From NCBI RefSeq assembly GCF_030144855.1, contig NC_082716.1, positions 39,680,001 through 39,744,000 on the forward strand: a DNA stretch of 64,000 nt. The letters run 5' to 3'. The stretch is from Hypanus sabinus. Lineage: Eukaryota. How positions within the stretch are numbered: the stretch's first letter is position 1; each line of letters opens with the position of its first letter. Of the stretch, positions 36,424 through 49,894 are shown in pieces. The position numbers were made by a program, and so were the translations under genes. A model generated the notes under the pieces. It searched no databases, was not told the origin of the DNA, and worked only from the letters and a program-made list of their open reading frames with translations.

Positions 36424-37754
36424 GTAATGTGTCTAATTATATTGACAACATTTAATTAACCTTACCTTGAGTCGCCTCAGCTGAATTTGAAAATAATGAC
36501 AAGTAATCTTGTGTACCTGGTTTATTGTGGTGTCATATTTTCCCCTCTTCTCCACGTTTCCCCACTTTATTGAATGCAATCACATATATCAAGTTAGCCT
36601 TAAAGGAAATATGTTGGTTAGCTAATCAGTTGTAGTGCGTAACTGGAAAACGATCTTATTCCTGAACTGAGATGTGCAGAAGCATACTTTCAGCTAATCA
36701 CAATTACTAATAAGTGGAAACATTAATTTAACGAACTCTGCCATAAGTTTTGAGTGCCTAAAGGTGTTGCTTTTATGTTTGTTTTGTTATATTGTCCTTC
36801 AGTAGGCTCCTTATTTTATGTATGACTTCATCCAGAGACTAGTAGCTTGAGGATTTGGAATTGGCATGGATCACTTGAGTCCAAGCTTAAATCCAAACCA
36901 TTTGGGAAGACAGAAATAGAACATTGACAGTACAGCATAGTGCCTACATTTCAGGAAACAATATTGGGCCAACCTTTTAATACAAGCATCTAACCTTTCC
37001 CTTCCACATAGGCCTTCATCTTGTTCATCCAATTTAGAGTCTTAAATGTCCCTAATGAATCTGCCTCTGCCATCACACCCGACAGTGCACTTTTCAATCC
37101 CCTGGCAGTGCATTACATGCACTTGCCACGCTGTAGAAATAAAACAAAGCCTTCCTCTTAAATTCCCCCCCCCCCCCCCCAATTTTCCCCTCCAAAATCA
37201 CCCTTTTTAAAAAAAAGTCCTCTTGTCTTAGCCATTGCCATCCTGGAAAAAGGCACTGGCTGTTAATTCTATCTATGCCTCTTGGACATCTCTATCAACT
37301 CTCTTAACTTAATTCACTCCAAGGAGAAAAGACCTAGGTATTCAACCTTTCCCCATAAGGCAAACTGGCTAACATCTGGGTAAAACTCCTCGAAAGACAT
37401 GTTAACATGTACACAATAGAACAAAGCTGAATTTTGATTTGAGGAGTACACATATAGCACATCTCCCTTCCAGGGATGACTAAGTATTATCTCTCTTCAT
37501 AACTTTTCTCAACCAAGGTCTTTCACATTGTTACTTAAGCATGTGTACCTCAAATTCTTAAGGATGCAAGGGATTATCAACTTCCATTTTTCAGCAGTAG
37601 CGGCTGACTTGGGTGTGGGTGGCAGCTTGGAAATGCAGATACCTTTTTAAAGGTGTGATCTGACATTAAAGAAGTGAACTAGGTAAACGTCTAAGCACAT
37701 TGTCATGTGAACTGTCTCAACTGGTTACTCAACCTCTCTTGTCATAGAGAGATC

Positions 37755-37912
37755 AGGCCCCGCTGCAACGCCCCAGACGTGTGCTTTCAAGCCTGGTGGT
37801 AAGCGAGCGCAATTGATCATTCAAGCGACCCTCAGACAGGCGTAGCCCTGGGAAGAACCCAGGGCCGCAAAGTGTTGATGATCAATGTGTCCTGCAATTC
37901 ACATTGATTCTC
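37755..37912 (-). pseudogene. Dispersed rDNA fragment: 3' ~90 nt of 5.8S rRNA (37823-37912) plus the start of ITS2
   Basis: Minus strand GAGAATCAATGTGAATTGCAGGACACATTGATCATC…GGGCTACGCCTGTCTGAGGGTCGCTT, then GATCAATTGC…CTGGGGCGTTGCAG; internal ~9-nt deletion. Confidence 0.92.
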
Positions 37913-40094
37913 ACTGATGAGAATCCATCAGTATTTGGAATGTTTCACTTAAAGTCCTGGCTAATGCTCCCTTCTGAGCATACCCTACTTCTGCCGTCAA
38001 TGTAATGGGACTGGCACTAAACCAAGCTGCAATTACCTTTGGCAAATTATCCTTGGAACTAACCAGATAATTACTCAAATACTATTTTGCATCCACACAC
38101 AGCATTTACTATTAACTAAAAGGCAGTGAGTACGTGGAGGTTTTCACTGTTTTTGTATCATACAAAAATTAACATTCTATATGCTTCTATTTTTACAATG
38201 CATCCTTGTATCTTTTCAGTTAGTCTTTGCAGCTAAGTTACAGGAAGGATTAACTTTATAAACATTCATTTCATGGTATATCAATGTGTTCTGATGCGCT
38301 TCAAACAATTATTTATGAATCTTTAATAATAAAATAATTACATACACAAAATGCTGGTGGAACACAGTTCATTTGGTATATTAAACTGGCAATTCTTATT
38401 TACCAGGTATAAAATGGGATGCTTAATACTATAATAAATCTCCCTACATCAGTGTTATTGTTTGTTTCCTCACAAGCTAGTGCCAAAACTAAACTTTTTT
38501 GTCATTATCTCTTCCTATTCTCTTACATTTATTAAAAAATAATCACTAAAATGTGTTAAGAATACTCTTCTGTAACCTTGTTTTTACTAATAACAGACTG
38601 TTGGAAAGATCAGAAATCGTACCGGCTGGCAAAGTACCAGTAAAGCTAACTGGCAAAATAACATACTGTTGAAAACAGGAAACTGTCTAGCTTCTGTTTC
38701 TTGCTTCTGCATTTTTTTTCTAGTATTTGCAATTTTCGTATGGAAATTTCTTCCAAAAAAAAAAGAACTTGCCAGCATTTTGGTATAATTGAGTGCAAAA
38801 GATCACTTTCAAGAAAAAATCTGCAGATGCTGAAAATCCAAGGAACGTGCACAAAAGCTGTGGGAACTCAGCAAGCCAGGTAGCATTTGTGTAAGATAAA
38901 CAGTTAATGTTTTGAGCCGAGACCCTTCAACAGAACTCCTGTCCCCTCTCCTGCCATATTGACATCTTCCCTTTTAGGAATTCTTGCAGATCAGATATGC
39001 AGAGTAAATATCAGTCAACTGTGCATCAAAGTCCTTTAGCTCCATCCTTGGCAAAGCACCACCTAGTTAGAATTTTCCACTTTCCACTCCAGAACATACT
39101 TGAAAATTTATTCATCTTAATTGAAGTTGCCGAAACTTGGCTGCAAACACTAACTTAATTGTCAATGCCAGCTGAATTTAAACTTTCTTATAAAGGTGGC
39201 AATTCATTGTCTAATGATCTAAGAATTTTTGCATTGGTTTTGTTTTTTAACAAAAGAGAATATCTACTTGAGTGCTGAAATTAGCATCGATTAGTAGTGT
39301 GGGTATTTATCCCTGGTATAGAGTTTTGAATTCCTGTTCCTTTGACGCCTGCCATAAACTGCATGAAACTTATTTGACATTAATTTTGTATTACAGTTGT
39401 GCATTTTTCAGAGTAATGGAACCCTTAAGGATTTAAGTATTTCTATATACAACCAAACCCACAAATCTGTCAGCCCAAAAGAAAGCTTTGCTGCAGTCGA
39501 TAGAGCAATTGTTCTCCTTTGCAGAGTAGCCAAAATAATATGTTCCTAATCAACAATATAGACAGGCCTCTTAATGTCCTGTAAGTTCCATCCTGACAAA
39601 CAGCTAGATGATCTTGCATTAGAAAACGGAGATGGCGCGATTTATTTTAAAAATTGCTTAGAGATAAATATTCTAAATAAGAAAAATTTACAAAGATGTC
39701 CTTTTTTTAGAGCTCATTTATAAATATATTAGCAACTTGTGCTAATCATCCTGGAAAGTTTTTCTTCAGCTTCAGATGCTAGAAATGCAAATTTTTTTTT
39801 AAAAACAGAAAATACTGAAAATAACTTGATCAGGCAGCCTTGGAGAGACCCGATCAGATTTCAATAGATGATTTTTCATAAAGGTTAAAGTTCATTGATC
39901 TGAAGCCTCAAATCTCTTATCCCTTGCCGATAGATGCCTGGCTTGTTGAATATTTCCAGCAGTTGTTGTGTTTTTTTTTCCACTACCTGTTTATTGGAGT
40001 GACCGTCAAAGTGTTCAGTAAACTAAGGAAACTTTATTAAAAAATTATGCAAACTTTAATTCAACTATTAATGCATTATTAATACCGGCACTCA

Positions 40095-40866
40095 ACGTCC
40101 GTAAGATGAAAGAGTTTGCGGACTTCAGGCAGGGTAAGACAAACACATACCAATCCTCAAAGAGGGATCAGAAGTGGAGAGAGTGAGCAGCTTCAAGTTC
40201 CTGGGTGTCAAGATCTCTGAGGATCTAACCTGGTTCCAACATATTGATGTAGTTATAAAAAAGGCAAGACAGCGACTAGGAGTTTAAAGAGATTTGTTAT
40301 GTCAAAAAATCACTCAAAAACTTCTATAGATGTACCATGGAGAGCATTCTGACAGGCTGCATCACTGTCTAATATGGGGGGGTAGGGATGGTCTACTGCA
40401 GAGGACCGAAAGAAGCTGTAGAAGGTTGTAAATTTATTCAGCTCCATCTTGGGCACTAGCCTACAAAGTACGCAGGACATCTTCAAGGAGCGGTGTCTCA
40501 GAAAGGCAGCATTCATTATAAAGGACCTCTGGCACCCAGAGCATGCCCTTTTCTCATTGTTACCATCAGGTTGGAGGTACAGAAGTCTGAAGGCACACAC
40601 TCAGTGATTCAGGAACAGTTTCTTCCCTTCTGCCATCCAATTCCTAAATAGACATTGAATCTTTGGACACTACCTCACTTTTTTAATATATAGTATTTCT
40701 GTTTTTTGCACAATTTTTAATTTATTCAATATATGTATTCTGTAATTGGTTCAGGTATTTATGATTATTTTTTTTCTTCTATATTATGTATTGCATTGAA
40801 CTGCTGCTAAGTTAACAAATTTCATGTCGCATGCCAGTGAAAAGTCACCTGATTCTGGATTCTGAT
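40095..40866 (+). mobile_element. Rex1/Babar LINE 3' fragment
   Basis: VSSFKFLGV.ISEDLTW, ESILTGCITV, LPSG.RYRSL motifs; GATTCT-type tail. Confidence 0.8.
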
Positions 40867-42856
40867 ATGAGCAGAGCTCACTAAAATCATAATGTGGAGT
40901 ACTTTAGTAATGCAAACTGTCAGCGTTAATCAGTTTAGATTAACTGAAGCACAGCAAGATACATCATCACAAGAAAAGATGCTGGAAAGCCAAAGCAACG
41001 CACACCCGATGCTGGAGGAGCTCAGCAGGTCAGGGAGCATCAGACTAAGTCCTGATGAAGGGTCGCTGCCTGAACTATTTACTCTTTCCCATAGATGTTT
41101 CCTAGCCAGTTTAGTTCATCTGGCATTTTGTGTGTTGTAAGATATAATCTCTGTCTGCTCTAAGCAACAAGCAAATTTCAGACAAATATTCCTACAGCAG
41201 CCAAAGCTTTTTGTTCTCTGTACCAACTTTTCAAGGTGTACTTGAATAATTTTTAACTGCCCAAAATATTAAGATGACACATTTATTTCACTGACTTGTA
41301 GTTGAATGAACTTGAATAAAACTTGATCAAGAATGAAGTGATGGTATGCTAACCAGATAAAAGGCCTACTTTCTCTGAGGAAGGTAGAAGGGAAAGAGTA
41401 TTTAGTTTTATTAATAGACTAAGACAACTGCGCTGCTCCAGAGTGCTACAGGAGGTCATTCTTGCCCTCAGCCATTAGGCTCTATAATGAGTCAACCTAT
41501 TGCCAGGGAGGTGATCACCTCCTCCTGTTGGACTGTTTGAAGGACTTATGTTTTATTTTTTCTTACTTCTAATATTTGTATATCTATGTATTTGTAATGC
41601 TACTGTGACACTGTAATTTCCTTCAGGATCAACAAAGAATCTGTTTATTTCTCAAGGAACTTAATAACCTAGTCATGCTCTTCCCTTCCAGCACTTTCTA
41701 AGAATCTACATCCATTGTCTCCTCATTACCTATTCTCACCTGTTCCAGATAAAGAAACCCCTACCCTACCATCATAGTATTTTGACAGGGCTTAAAGGAG
41801 TACATTAAGGTAGCCAATTCCTGAAATGCACCCGAAAGCTTTTTTTTGTTTAATCATTCTTAATGGTCTCCGACTTTCAGATACATTTTAAACTAAAATT
41901 GAAAAAAAAATTTTAATGATTGGTTGAAACACTAAAATAATCTCCCTTGAAATTAATGTTGTTTTGGATCCTTTACTCCAACTTGGTGGAGGATCTAAAA
42001 AGCATATAGTGTTTTTCTTTTCCTGACACTTCAGTCCAGCAAAAGAGGCCTGGTCAGGTGTAGGACCGCTTCTCAATTATATTCAAAAATATGTGTACAG
42101 AAATACTAGACTGGCTATCACTTAAAAGGCAGCTATCATTTATTATGAATATCTACCTCATTCTAGTGGACTTATTGTGAACAGTCTGAGAAAAATGTTG
42201 AGCCTAAAAACAGTACTGAAACACTTATGGTATAAGTTGTTTATGTTGTGTATGAATGACAAAACCCAGCACCATTGCTCTGTAATGTTTGTGTGTACAT
42301 TAGTAAATTTGTTTTACGTGGATGTTCCTATTTTTACAATACATTGTTTATGCTTTGAATAATCGAGATCCAGTCATCCAGCTTTCCTTTGATTTAAAAC
42401 CTGTGGACCCCCAAGGGATTTTTATTCTTGAATTTTCTAGAATGGTAAATTCTTTTTGTGAAGAATACTACATTAGTATTCCATTATGGGGATGTGTTTC
42501 AGCGAGGTTATGTTCAGCAGCCATCAATTAAAGCAATGAGCAATACCATTGGAGAAGAAATCCGAAACTTCAGTATTTTGTTCTGCCACTTCTCCTTGAG
42601 ACAATAATTCAATTATCTCCTGACCAGTGTTACCTTCTATTGAATTTAGTCAATAAAAGATGTGAAAATGGCTGCAAATGACTGTTACAGCCTCTGTATC
42701 ATCTTTGCTCTGCATATAATATCACTGTCAAGAAATGTTTTGCTTCTTGTCTTGCTTGTGGAGAGAACAAATTTTTGAAATGACAATTGATCCTCAATAT
42801 TCATGCTGAAAAAGAACTTTGATCATAGGCAGTGATTATGTTTACTCTTTGCTAAG

Positions 42857-42976
42857 GTAAAAACAGCTATCCTGAATGCATTGAAGAGTGGTTATCGTCA
42901 TGTGGACTGTGCTGCAGTGTACAATAATGAAGCTGAAATTGGAGACCTCTTTAAAGAAGTAGTTGGTGCCGATAAG
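42857..42976 (+). CDS. AKR1A1: AKR1A1 exon 3 (120 bp; catalytic Asp and Tyr)
   Basis: [40 protein letters not shown]; AG/GT. Confidence 0.96.
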
Positions 42977-43244
42977 GTATGATTTGAGAAATTAAATGTT
43001 GCATGGATAGGAATCACATTGCACAAATTTGTGTTTGGAAGTATCCTTCAAAAAAATGACATGCAAGAATCCATCTTCTAGAATAAATGCAATGAGCCAT
43101 GTACCATGTCTTTCCCCACCAAGGTATATAGATAGAATTCTGCAATTGAATGTATTACTGGCAATTATTTCATTGCAAGTTGTGGGTCCAGGTTAAAAAC
43201 CAGGTATTATTTAACTTGAGGATTTTCATATTATTAAGAATCCT

Positions 43245-45185
43245 TTTTGGAATTGGTTTATTATGGTCAAATGTACTGAAATAGAATGAGAAGTTTGTCT
43301 TGCATTTTGTTCATACAGATCCAATCATGATACAGTGCATGGAAGTAGTACAGGGGAAAATAATAATGCAGAATAAAGAATAGCAGCTATAGTGAAAGTG
43401 CTGGTGAACAATAAGGTGCAATATCATAATGAGGTAGGGTTCATCTTCCTGAACCAGTGGACAATTTAATTGTCTTTTAACAGTGGGGTAGAAACTATAT
43501 TTGAGTTGGTCTTGGATCTTCTGCCTGGATGGAGTCCTTGATTATCCTGGCTACTCTACTGAGATAGCAAGAAATGTATAGAAGGTCCATGGAGAAGAAG
43601 TTGGTACCTGTAATTTTCTTGAGCTGTGTTCATAACTGTCTGCAGTTTCATGCAGTTGCAATTACAGGCAGAACAGTTGCCATTCCATGCTGTTATACAT
43701 CCAGATAAAATGTTTTTTCTAGTGCATTGGTTAAAAATTGGTAATAGTTAATAGGGACATGCCGAATTTCCCTATTTCTACTAAGGAAGTAGAGGCATTG
43801 ATGAGTTTTCCTGGTTGTGACATCAACATGGTTGGACCAGGACAGGCTATTGGTGATGTTCACTCCTAGGAAGTTGAAATTTCAACCTCAACACTGTTGA
43901 TATAGACAGGAGCATGTGCACACCCCCTTTCTGAAGTCACTGACCAGCTCTTTTGTTCTCCTGACCTTAAGGGAATGGTTGTTGTCATGACACCATATTA
44001 TTAAGCTCTCTATATCCTTCCTGTACACTGTCTTGTCATTATTTCAGCTATGGCCCACTATGGCAGTATCATCTGCAAATTAATAGATAGAATTAAAGCA
44101 CAATCTGCCTATACAGTCACAAGCGTACAGGGAGCAGAATCGGGGCTGAGAGGTTTTAACATTGTGAAGCACCGGTGTTTAAAATAGTTGTGCTGTGGGA
44201 GTTGCTACGTCATCTTACTGATGGTCAGGAAGTCAAGGATACAGTTGCAGTTGTTCATTCTCAGGGTCAAAGTATGTATGCAGAATACAAGTAGTTGAAA
44301 GAAAAGATGTCAATTCCTCCCACACATGAAAAGAAAAAGAAACAAAAACTCATAAAACCCAAACCACTCCAACCCCCTCCCTCACACAAAAACTAACATC
44401 TCTCACGCAGAGAAACGGCAATAAGAACATCAAACCCCAAACCCTCACCCACTAATTGGCAGCAAGAAAGAATGGGCGAGAACATAAAAAAAAGCATAGA
44501 AGAGGCCATTGTGAACTATAGTTGGGTTGAGCTACAGTCCAATCCATAAATCTCAGAATTTTCATAACATTTCCAGAAGCCTTGGGGAGAGCCTCAACGG
44601 AATCCAGTGGCCCCTCCAAGGGGAGCACGCTCTCCTCCACATTTTCCTCAATTTTTTCATTCTTCCTCGACACTTTAATCAGCGAGAAATGTAGTCGATC
44701 ATGGTCCCTCACCTCATCTCTGAGCTTCTTGTGGTAGCTTGTGTTCATGCTTCTCTCCTGGAGTTTTCTCAGGGACAGCAAAGCGATAGCTTACTCGATT
44801 GAACTACACATTAAGTCACAGGCTCCAAGGGTTTCAAAAACAAAATTAAGATAAAAGTAGAAGATGTAGAAAAACTGAAGTGATTGAAGATGATGCCCGA
44901 GGAATTGTTGTTCGCTGGCGCCATCTTGACAGGTCTGGAGTTGGTCATGAATTTGCTTGGAATTATTATATTGAAGGCAGAGCAGTGATTAATAAACAAT
45001 GGTCTGATGCATTGATCTTTAATCTCCAGATGCTCCAGAGATGAGTGTAGAGCCAGGGAAGCAAACAGAAGTGAGTCAAGGTTGTCTGGAAGGCTGGAGA
45101 TGATGCATACCATGATGAGCCTCTCAAAGCACTTCATGTGGTAGATGTCAATGCCACTGGGCAGTAGTCATTATGGCACATTGTC
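43245..45185 (-). mobile_element. Rex1/Babar LINE fragment, interrupted by a short element at ~44250-44935
   Basis: MKCFERL…LFIN.SAFN.IIPSK RT motifs (ORF 44811-45137); FADDT near 44070; the nested insert starts CAAGATGGCG on the minus strand. Confidence 0.75.
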
Positions 45186-45904
45186 TTGTTTTAAAAGATA
45201 GCATTTACAATCAACCAGTTTAAATGTGATCTCTTAAACGATTTTGCTAGTAAAAATGTGCTGTTTTTGTTTGTCTGAACTTAACTGCTTCATCAAAACT
45301 TGCCATGTAAACTTGAATTTTCTGTACACCAGCCAACACCCTGATTTAAACTTTTCTATGAACTACACAGCATACTGCTGATTGATTTTCTGCTTAGTAC
45401 TTGTGATTAGTTTGTACTGATGGATTACCCTCATTTGCAGATCCACATAGTAATTGACTAAATGGTGTCTCTTGTTTTCTACTTTTCAATTCATCTTTTG
45501 GTCTTTCCTGTAATAATAATTTTCCTTTAAAATAATTGTTTCAATTCTACTATAAAGAATAACATCCAACTGAAGTCAGCAACATACTTCTATACGTTTC
45601 AGTGATATACTTTCAGATACTTTGGATTTTTGCATAGCCATTTTTCTTCAGCCAATGCCCAGATTTGTTTGAAATATTTCTTTCCATTTCCTGAGTTAAG
45701 GGTCAAGCAATTTGTGAATTGTATTGAATTATACAAATGTATTTGCATAATTTTCTAATTGACTAAGTGAATTTAGTTCATCAGTCACTGTCTCTTAAAA
45801 ATTAAATTATGCTTTCTAGGCCAACTTGCCTTCTGATGAAAGATAATTAACCTGAAAAATTAACCATGTTAACATATTTCGAACATCACTTTTTGATTTG
45901 CAGT

Positions 45905-46500
45905 GACAAACAAGAAAATCTGCAGATACTGGAAGTCTGAGCAATGCACACAAAATGCTAGAGGAACTCAACAGGCCAGGCAGCATCAATGGAAAAGAGT
46001 ACAGTCATCATTTCAGCCTGAAACCTTTTGGCAGGACTGGAGGAAGAAAGGCTGAGGAGTAGATTTTAAAGGTAGGGGGAGGGGAGAGAGGAAAAACACA
46101 AGGTGATGGGTAAAACCTGAAGAGAGAAGGATGAAGTAAAGAACTGGGAAGTCGATTGGTGAAAAAGATATAAGGCCATGGAAGAAAGAAAGTGGGGGGA
46201 GGGGAGGAGCGCCAGAGAGAAGTGATGGGTGGGCAAGGAGATAGGGTGAGAGAGGGAAAAGGGGATGGGCAATGCTGAAGCAGGGGGAGCATTACTGGAA
46301 GTTAGAGAAATCAATGTTCATGCCATCAGGTTGGAGGCTACCTAAATGGAATAGAAGATGGTGTTCCTCCAACTTAAGTGTGGCCTCATCATGACAGTGG
46401 ATGTCCATCCACTGGCCTCCTTCAGGCCAAAATGTCAACTGTACTCTTCCATAGATACTGCCAGGCCTGCTGAGTTCCTCCAACATTTTATGTTGTGTTG
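45905..46500 (-). mobile_element. Penelope-like remnant with inverted pseudo-LTR ends
   Basis: LEEHHLLFHLGSLQPDGMNIDFSNF (Penelope C-terminus); GGAACTCA.CAGGC / GCCTGCTGAGTTCC inverted ends. Confidence 0.8.
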
Positions 46501-46801
46501 ATTTGTAGTGGTTTATTTTAGCTGGAAAAATAACTTGACTGAAAGCTTGTTCCTGGTATTGTACAAAAAAAAGAGAAAGGCTGTTCTATTCCACAACAAA
46601 TGTTTTATGTTATTTTATTAGTGAAAATGACATGACACTATTAAATATTTTGGTTGTATTACATCTTTTAAAAGTAAAATATTCAAAATGATGAGACTTT
46701 TTGATTCTTAGCATTCAGATATTTGACACTATGAAATTGATTGGATATCCAAGCTAACCAAGGGATTTAGCTTGTTTTATCACATACATTTACTTTTGCA
46801 G

Positions 46802-46953
46802 ATTGTGAAACGTGAAGAACTTTTTGTAACCTCCAAGCTGTGGAATACTAAGCATCATCCTGAAGATGTGGAAACTGCTTGTCGCAAATCTTTGGAAGAT
46901 CTGAAGCTCACTTACCTGGATTTATACCTGATCCACTGGCCTTTTGCCTTTCA
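46802..46953 (+). CDS. AKR1A1: AKR1A1 exon 4 (152 bp; catalytic Lys and His)
   Basis: [23 protein letters not shown]…[13 protein letters not shown]; AG/GT. Confidence 0.97.
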
Positions 46954-47249
46954 GTAAAGTATAGTTTATATCTTAATTTTTTGTGCAGTTTGGAGGATTT
47001 TGTTTTTGGATTTTAATTTTGTAAATTACATATGGATGAAAATTTTATTTTTTTCCAAATTGTAGCATGCTCCTTGCCTTTTTAAAATTTTCATAGGATT
47101 TTAACACAATGGTTTGTATTCAGTGTATCTCCAGCAATGAGTTTTTGAATGTTTTAAGTAAATATAATTTTAATAAGATGCAAGTTTTCTATTCGTTGAT
47201 GTCTAAATTGTGTGTTCTTCATGTTTTGAACAATAAATTTTATTTGCAG

Positions 47250-47445
47250 AAAAGGTGACAACCCCTTCCCAGTGAATCCTGATGGGGCAATACAGTATGA
47301 TTATATCGATTATAAGGAAACTTGGAAAGCTATGGAGAAATTAGTAGAAAAGGGCTTGGTGAAAGCTATTGGCCTCTCAAACTTCAGCAGTCGACAGATA
47401 GATGATGTTATTGCTGAAGCTACTATCAAACCAGCAGTGCTGCAG
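47250..47445 (+). CDS. AKR1A1: AKR1A1 exon 5 (196 bp)
   Basis: [12 protein letters not shown]…[22 protein letters not shown]…KPAVLQ; AG/GT. Confidence 0.97.
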
Positions 47446-47877
47446 GTTAGAAATTTTTCTTTAATTGAAGTGCTTGCCAGTGAATTAGTTGTATATATCT
47501 GTATCACTTCTGCAAAATCATAGATATCTCCATATTTTAACTCATTAACAGACAAATCATTACTATCCTACATCTGAATAATGTATTATGAAATCAATAG
47601 AACAAAGAAACTGCTTGAACTAAATATGCAGGTACACATTGCTATTAATTATTTTTCATACAAAGTGCCTATGACCAATAATTTCCATAATGAACTAATT
47701 TTGATGATTTGTTGACATTTGAACAAAAAGTCCAGTAAATGAACTTCATTTTCTTGTAAGGACATTTGACAAACAATCTTGTATTTAAATCAAAATGTCT
47801 TTAGATCTAACATCACAGGTCCTGATTACATTATCCATAGCATTTCTTCCTAAGGCATTTTATTCTGTCTTACACAG

Positions 47878-48077
47878 GTAGAGTGTCATCCATACTTGGC
47901 TCAGAATGAACTGATTGAGCATTGCCAGAAACTTGGATTGAAAGTGACTGCCTATAGTCCACTTGGTTCCCCTTACCGGCCAAAGAAAGACACAGATGAA
48001 CCATTGTTAATTGAAGATTCTGATATTAAAGCAATAGCCAATAAGCATGGAAAATCACCTGCTCAAGTGCTGCTCAG
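47878..48077 (+). CDS. AKR1A1: AKR1A1 exon 6 (200 bp)
   Basis: [16 protein letters not shown]…[13 protein letters not shown]…KSPAQVLLR; AG/GT. Confidence 0.97.
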
Positions 48078-49894
48078 GTGCAAGATCTTAAAATCATGTT
48101 ATCAGTAAACATGAGGCTTTAAATAACTTAAATCAATAAGCACAACACAAAATAACACTAATTTGTTTATTATAAGAAACAAGAATGACAGGAAGAATTG
48201 GTATATTTTTGGTGATTCCAGAAGTTCTGAATAGTTATCAGGCATCAAAGAGAAAGTGACAACTACATCGATTCACGCTGACATGGATCTGTAGCTGTGG
48301 AGTCTGCCTATGCGAGAAATTTCTCCCCCTCCAACTGCAATTTTTTAAATTGCTAATGCTATTTGTTTTTGTAGTTATTTTCTCCCCACTCTTTTTGCAG
48401 AAGTGCATCCATCTTTGTGGTGAGAATATTTTTGATACGTAAAAGCCAGGTTACCATCTGAAAGCTTGGAACTGTGAAAACACTAAAAACTTTGCCCAGA
48501 GAGCCCTGCTGCTTGACTTTCATGCCATCAATGATTCTCTTCTGCAGCATGAAAGTCTCAAAAGATTCTATAATTACAGTCACATTGATTCCAAAAGAAT
48601 CCTGTCAGCTCTTAAAATGTTTCTGTCCTGATCAAAGCTAATTATTTTAGATGTACACTAACTGTTTGAATAAAATGTGCCCATGCTGGGGAGCGGTGGG
48701 AAAGGTAACATGAGAATCACCATTTAATACTGTAATTCCAGTCCTGCATCCAGAGATTTGAATTCCCATCTCAGTAGGGAATGGGGTTTTAAATAAAATG
48801 TTTCTATGTTTTTAACATAAAAACATAGAAATTTGGAGTAGGACTTTGGCCTTTGAGCCTGTTCCATTTTTCAGTCAGAAGCTGACTGCTGTAGAGAATC
48901 CATAGGGTCACCACTATCTGGATGAATAAATTTTTCCTTGTGAGTCCAAAATAATCAGTCCTGTATCCTTAGACTCGGCACCTTAGTTTTAAGCTTTCCT
49001 GCTTTTTGAAAACATCCTCTTTGCATCTTGTCTGTTCAGTCCAGTCAGAATTGTATAAGTTTCAATGTTCTCATTTTTCTAAACTCCTGACACTTGGCCT
49101 AATCACCCCAGTCTCTCTTCACTAGTCAGTCATGCTATCCTAGAATAATCTTATGAATGTTTGCTATTCAGCTTCCATGCTAAGCGCATCCTTCCTTGGT
49201 TAAGGAAATCCGAACTTCTAAAAACCCATAACACAAAATGCTGCCGGACCTACTGAGTTCCTCCATCATTTTGTGTGCTGCTCAGTTTTCTAGCATCTGC
49301 AGATTTTCTCTTGTTTCTGAAAACTCATTCCTGGTGCAAAGTGAAGTACCATTAAAAGTATCTCTTGATAACAATATTATATTCTCACTGCTATATGAAA
49401 TCCTTCATAACTTTAATAGTACTAGATATCCTCAGCCACCTCTATACATATAACTAGGGTCCCTCAAAGTTAGAATCATAATATAATTAGAAATTTCATG
49501 TGTCCTCCAACTCTTCACATCCTTCCAAGTGCTCACATTTATACCAGTTGTGACCAAAACAGTGTTTTGTAAAGGTTCATCATGGCCTCTTGCTGTCATA
49601 TTTTCTCTATTAATAAAGCCTAGGATCCCACCTGTTTTTTTTAATTTTAATCATTTCCTCAACCTACTGTATTAAGAACTACAAATACTTCTAAATTTCT
49701 TTTTTTCCTGCACTTGCTTAGAAATATGTCCTCTAAATTGTATAGCCTCGTTCTCCAACCAAAATGTATCATAATATTTGTCAGCATTCTGTTTTCACTT
49801 TCCATCAATTCTTCCTTGATGTCTGTGGTTATCCACCTCAATTCACTTGGCATCCATAACAGCGGGTAACACAAAATTTGCAAGTTTCCTTTAT

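Noticed and set aside
37823-37912. Functional 5.8S rRNA gene
   Set aside because: 5'-truncated, internally deleted, and no 18S/28S nearby
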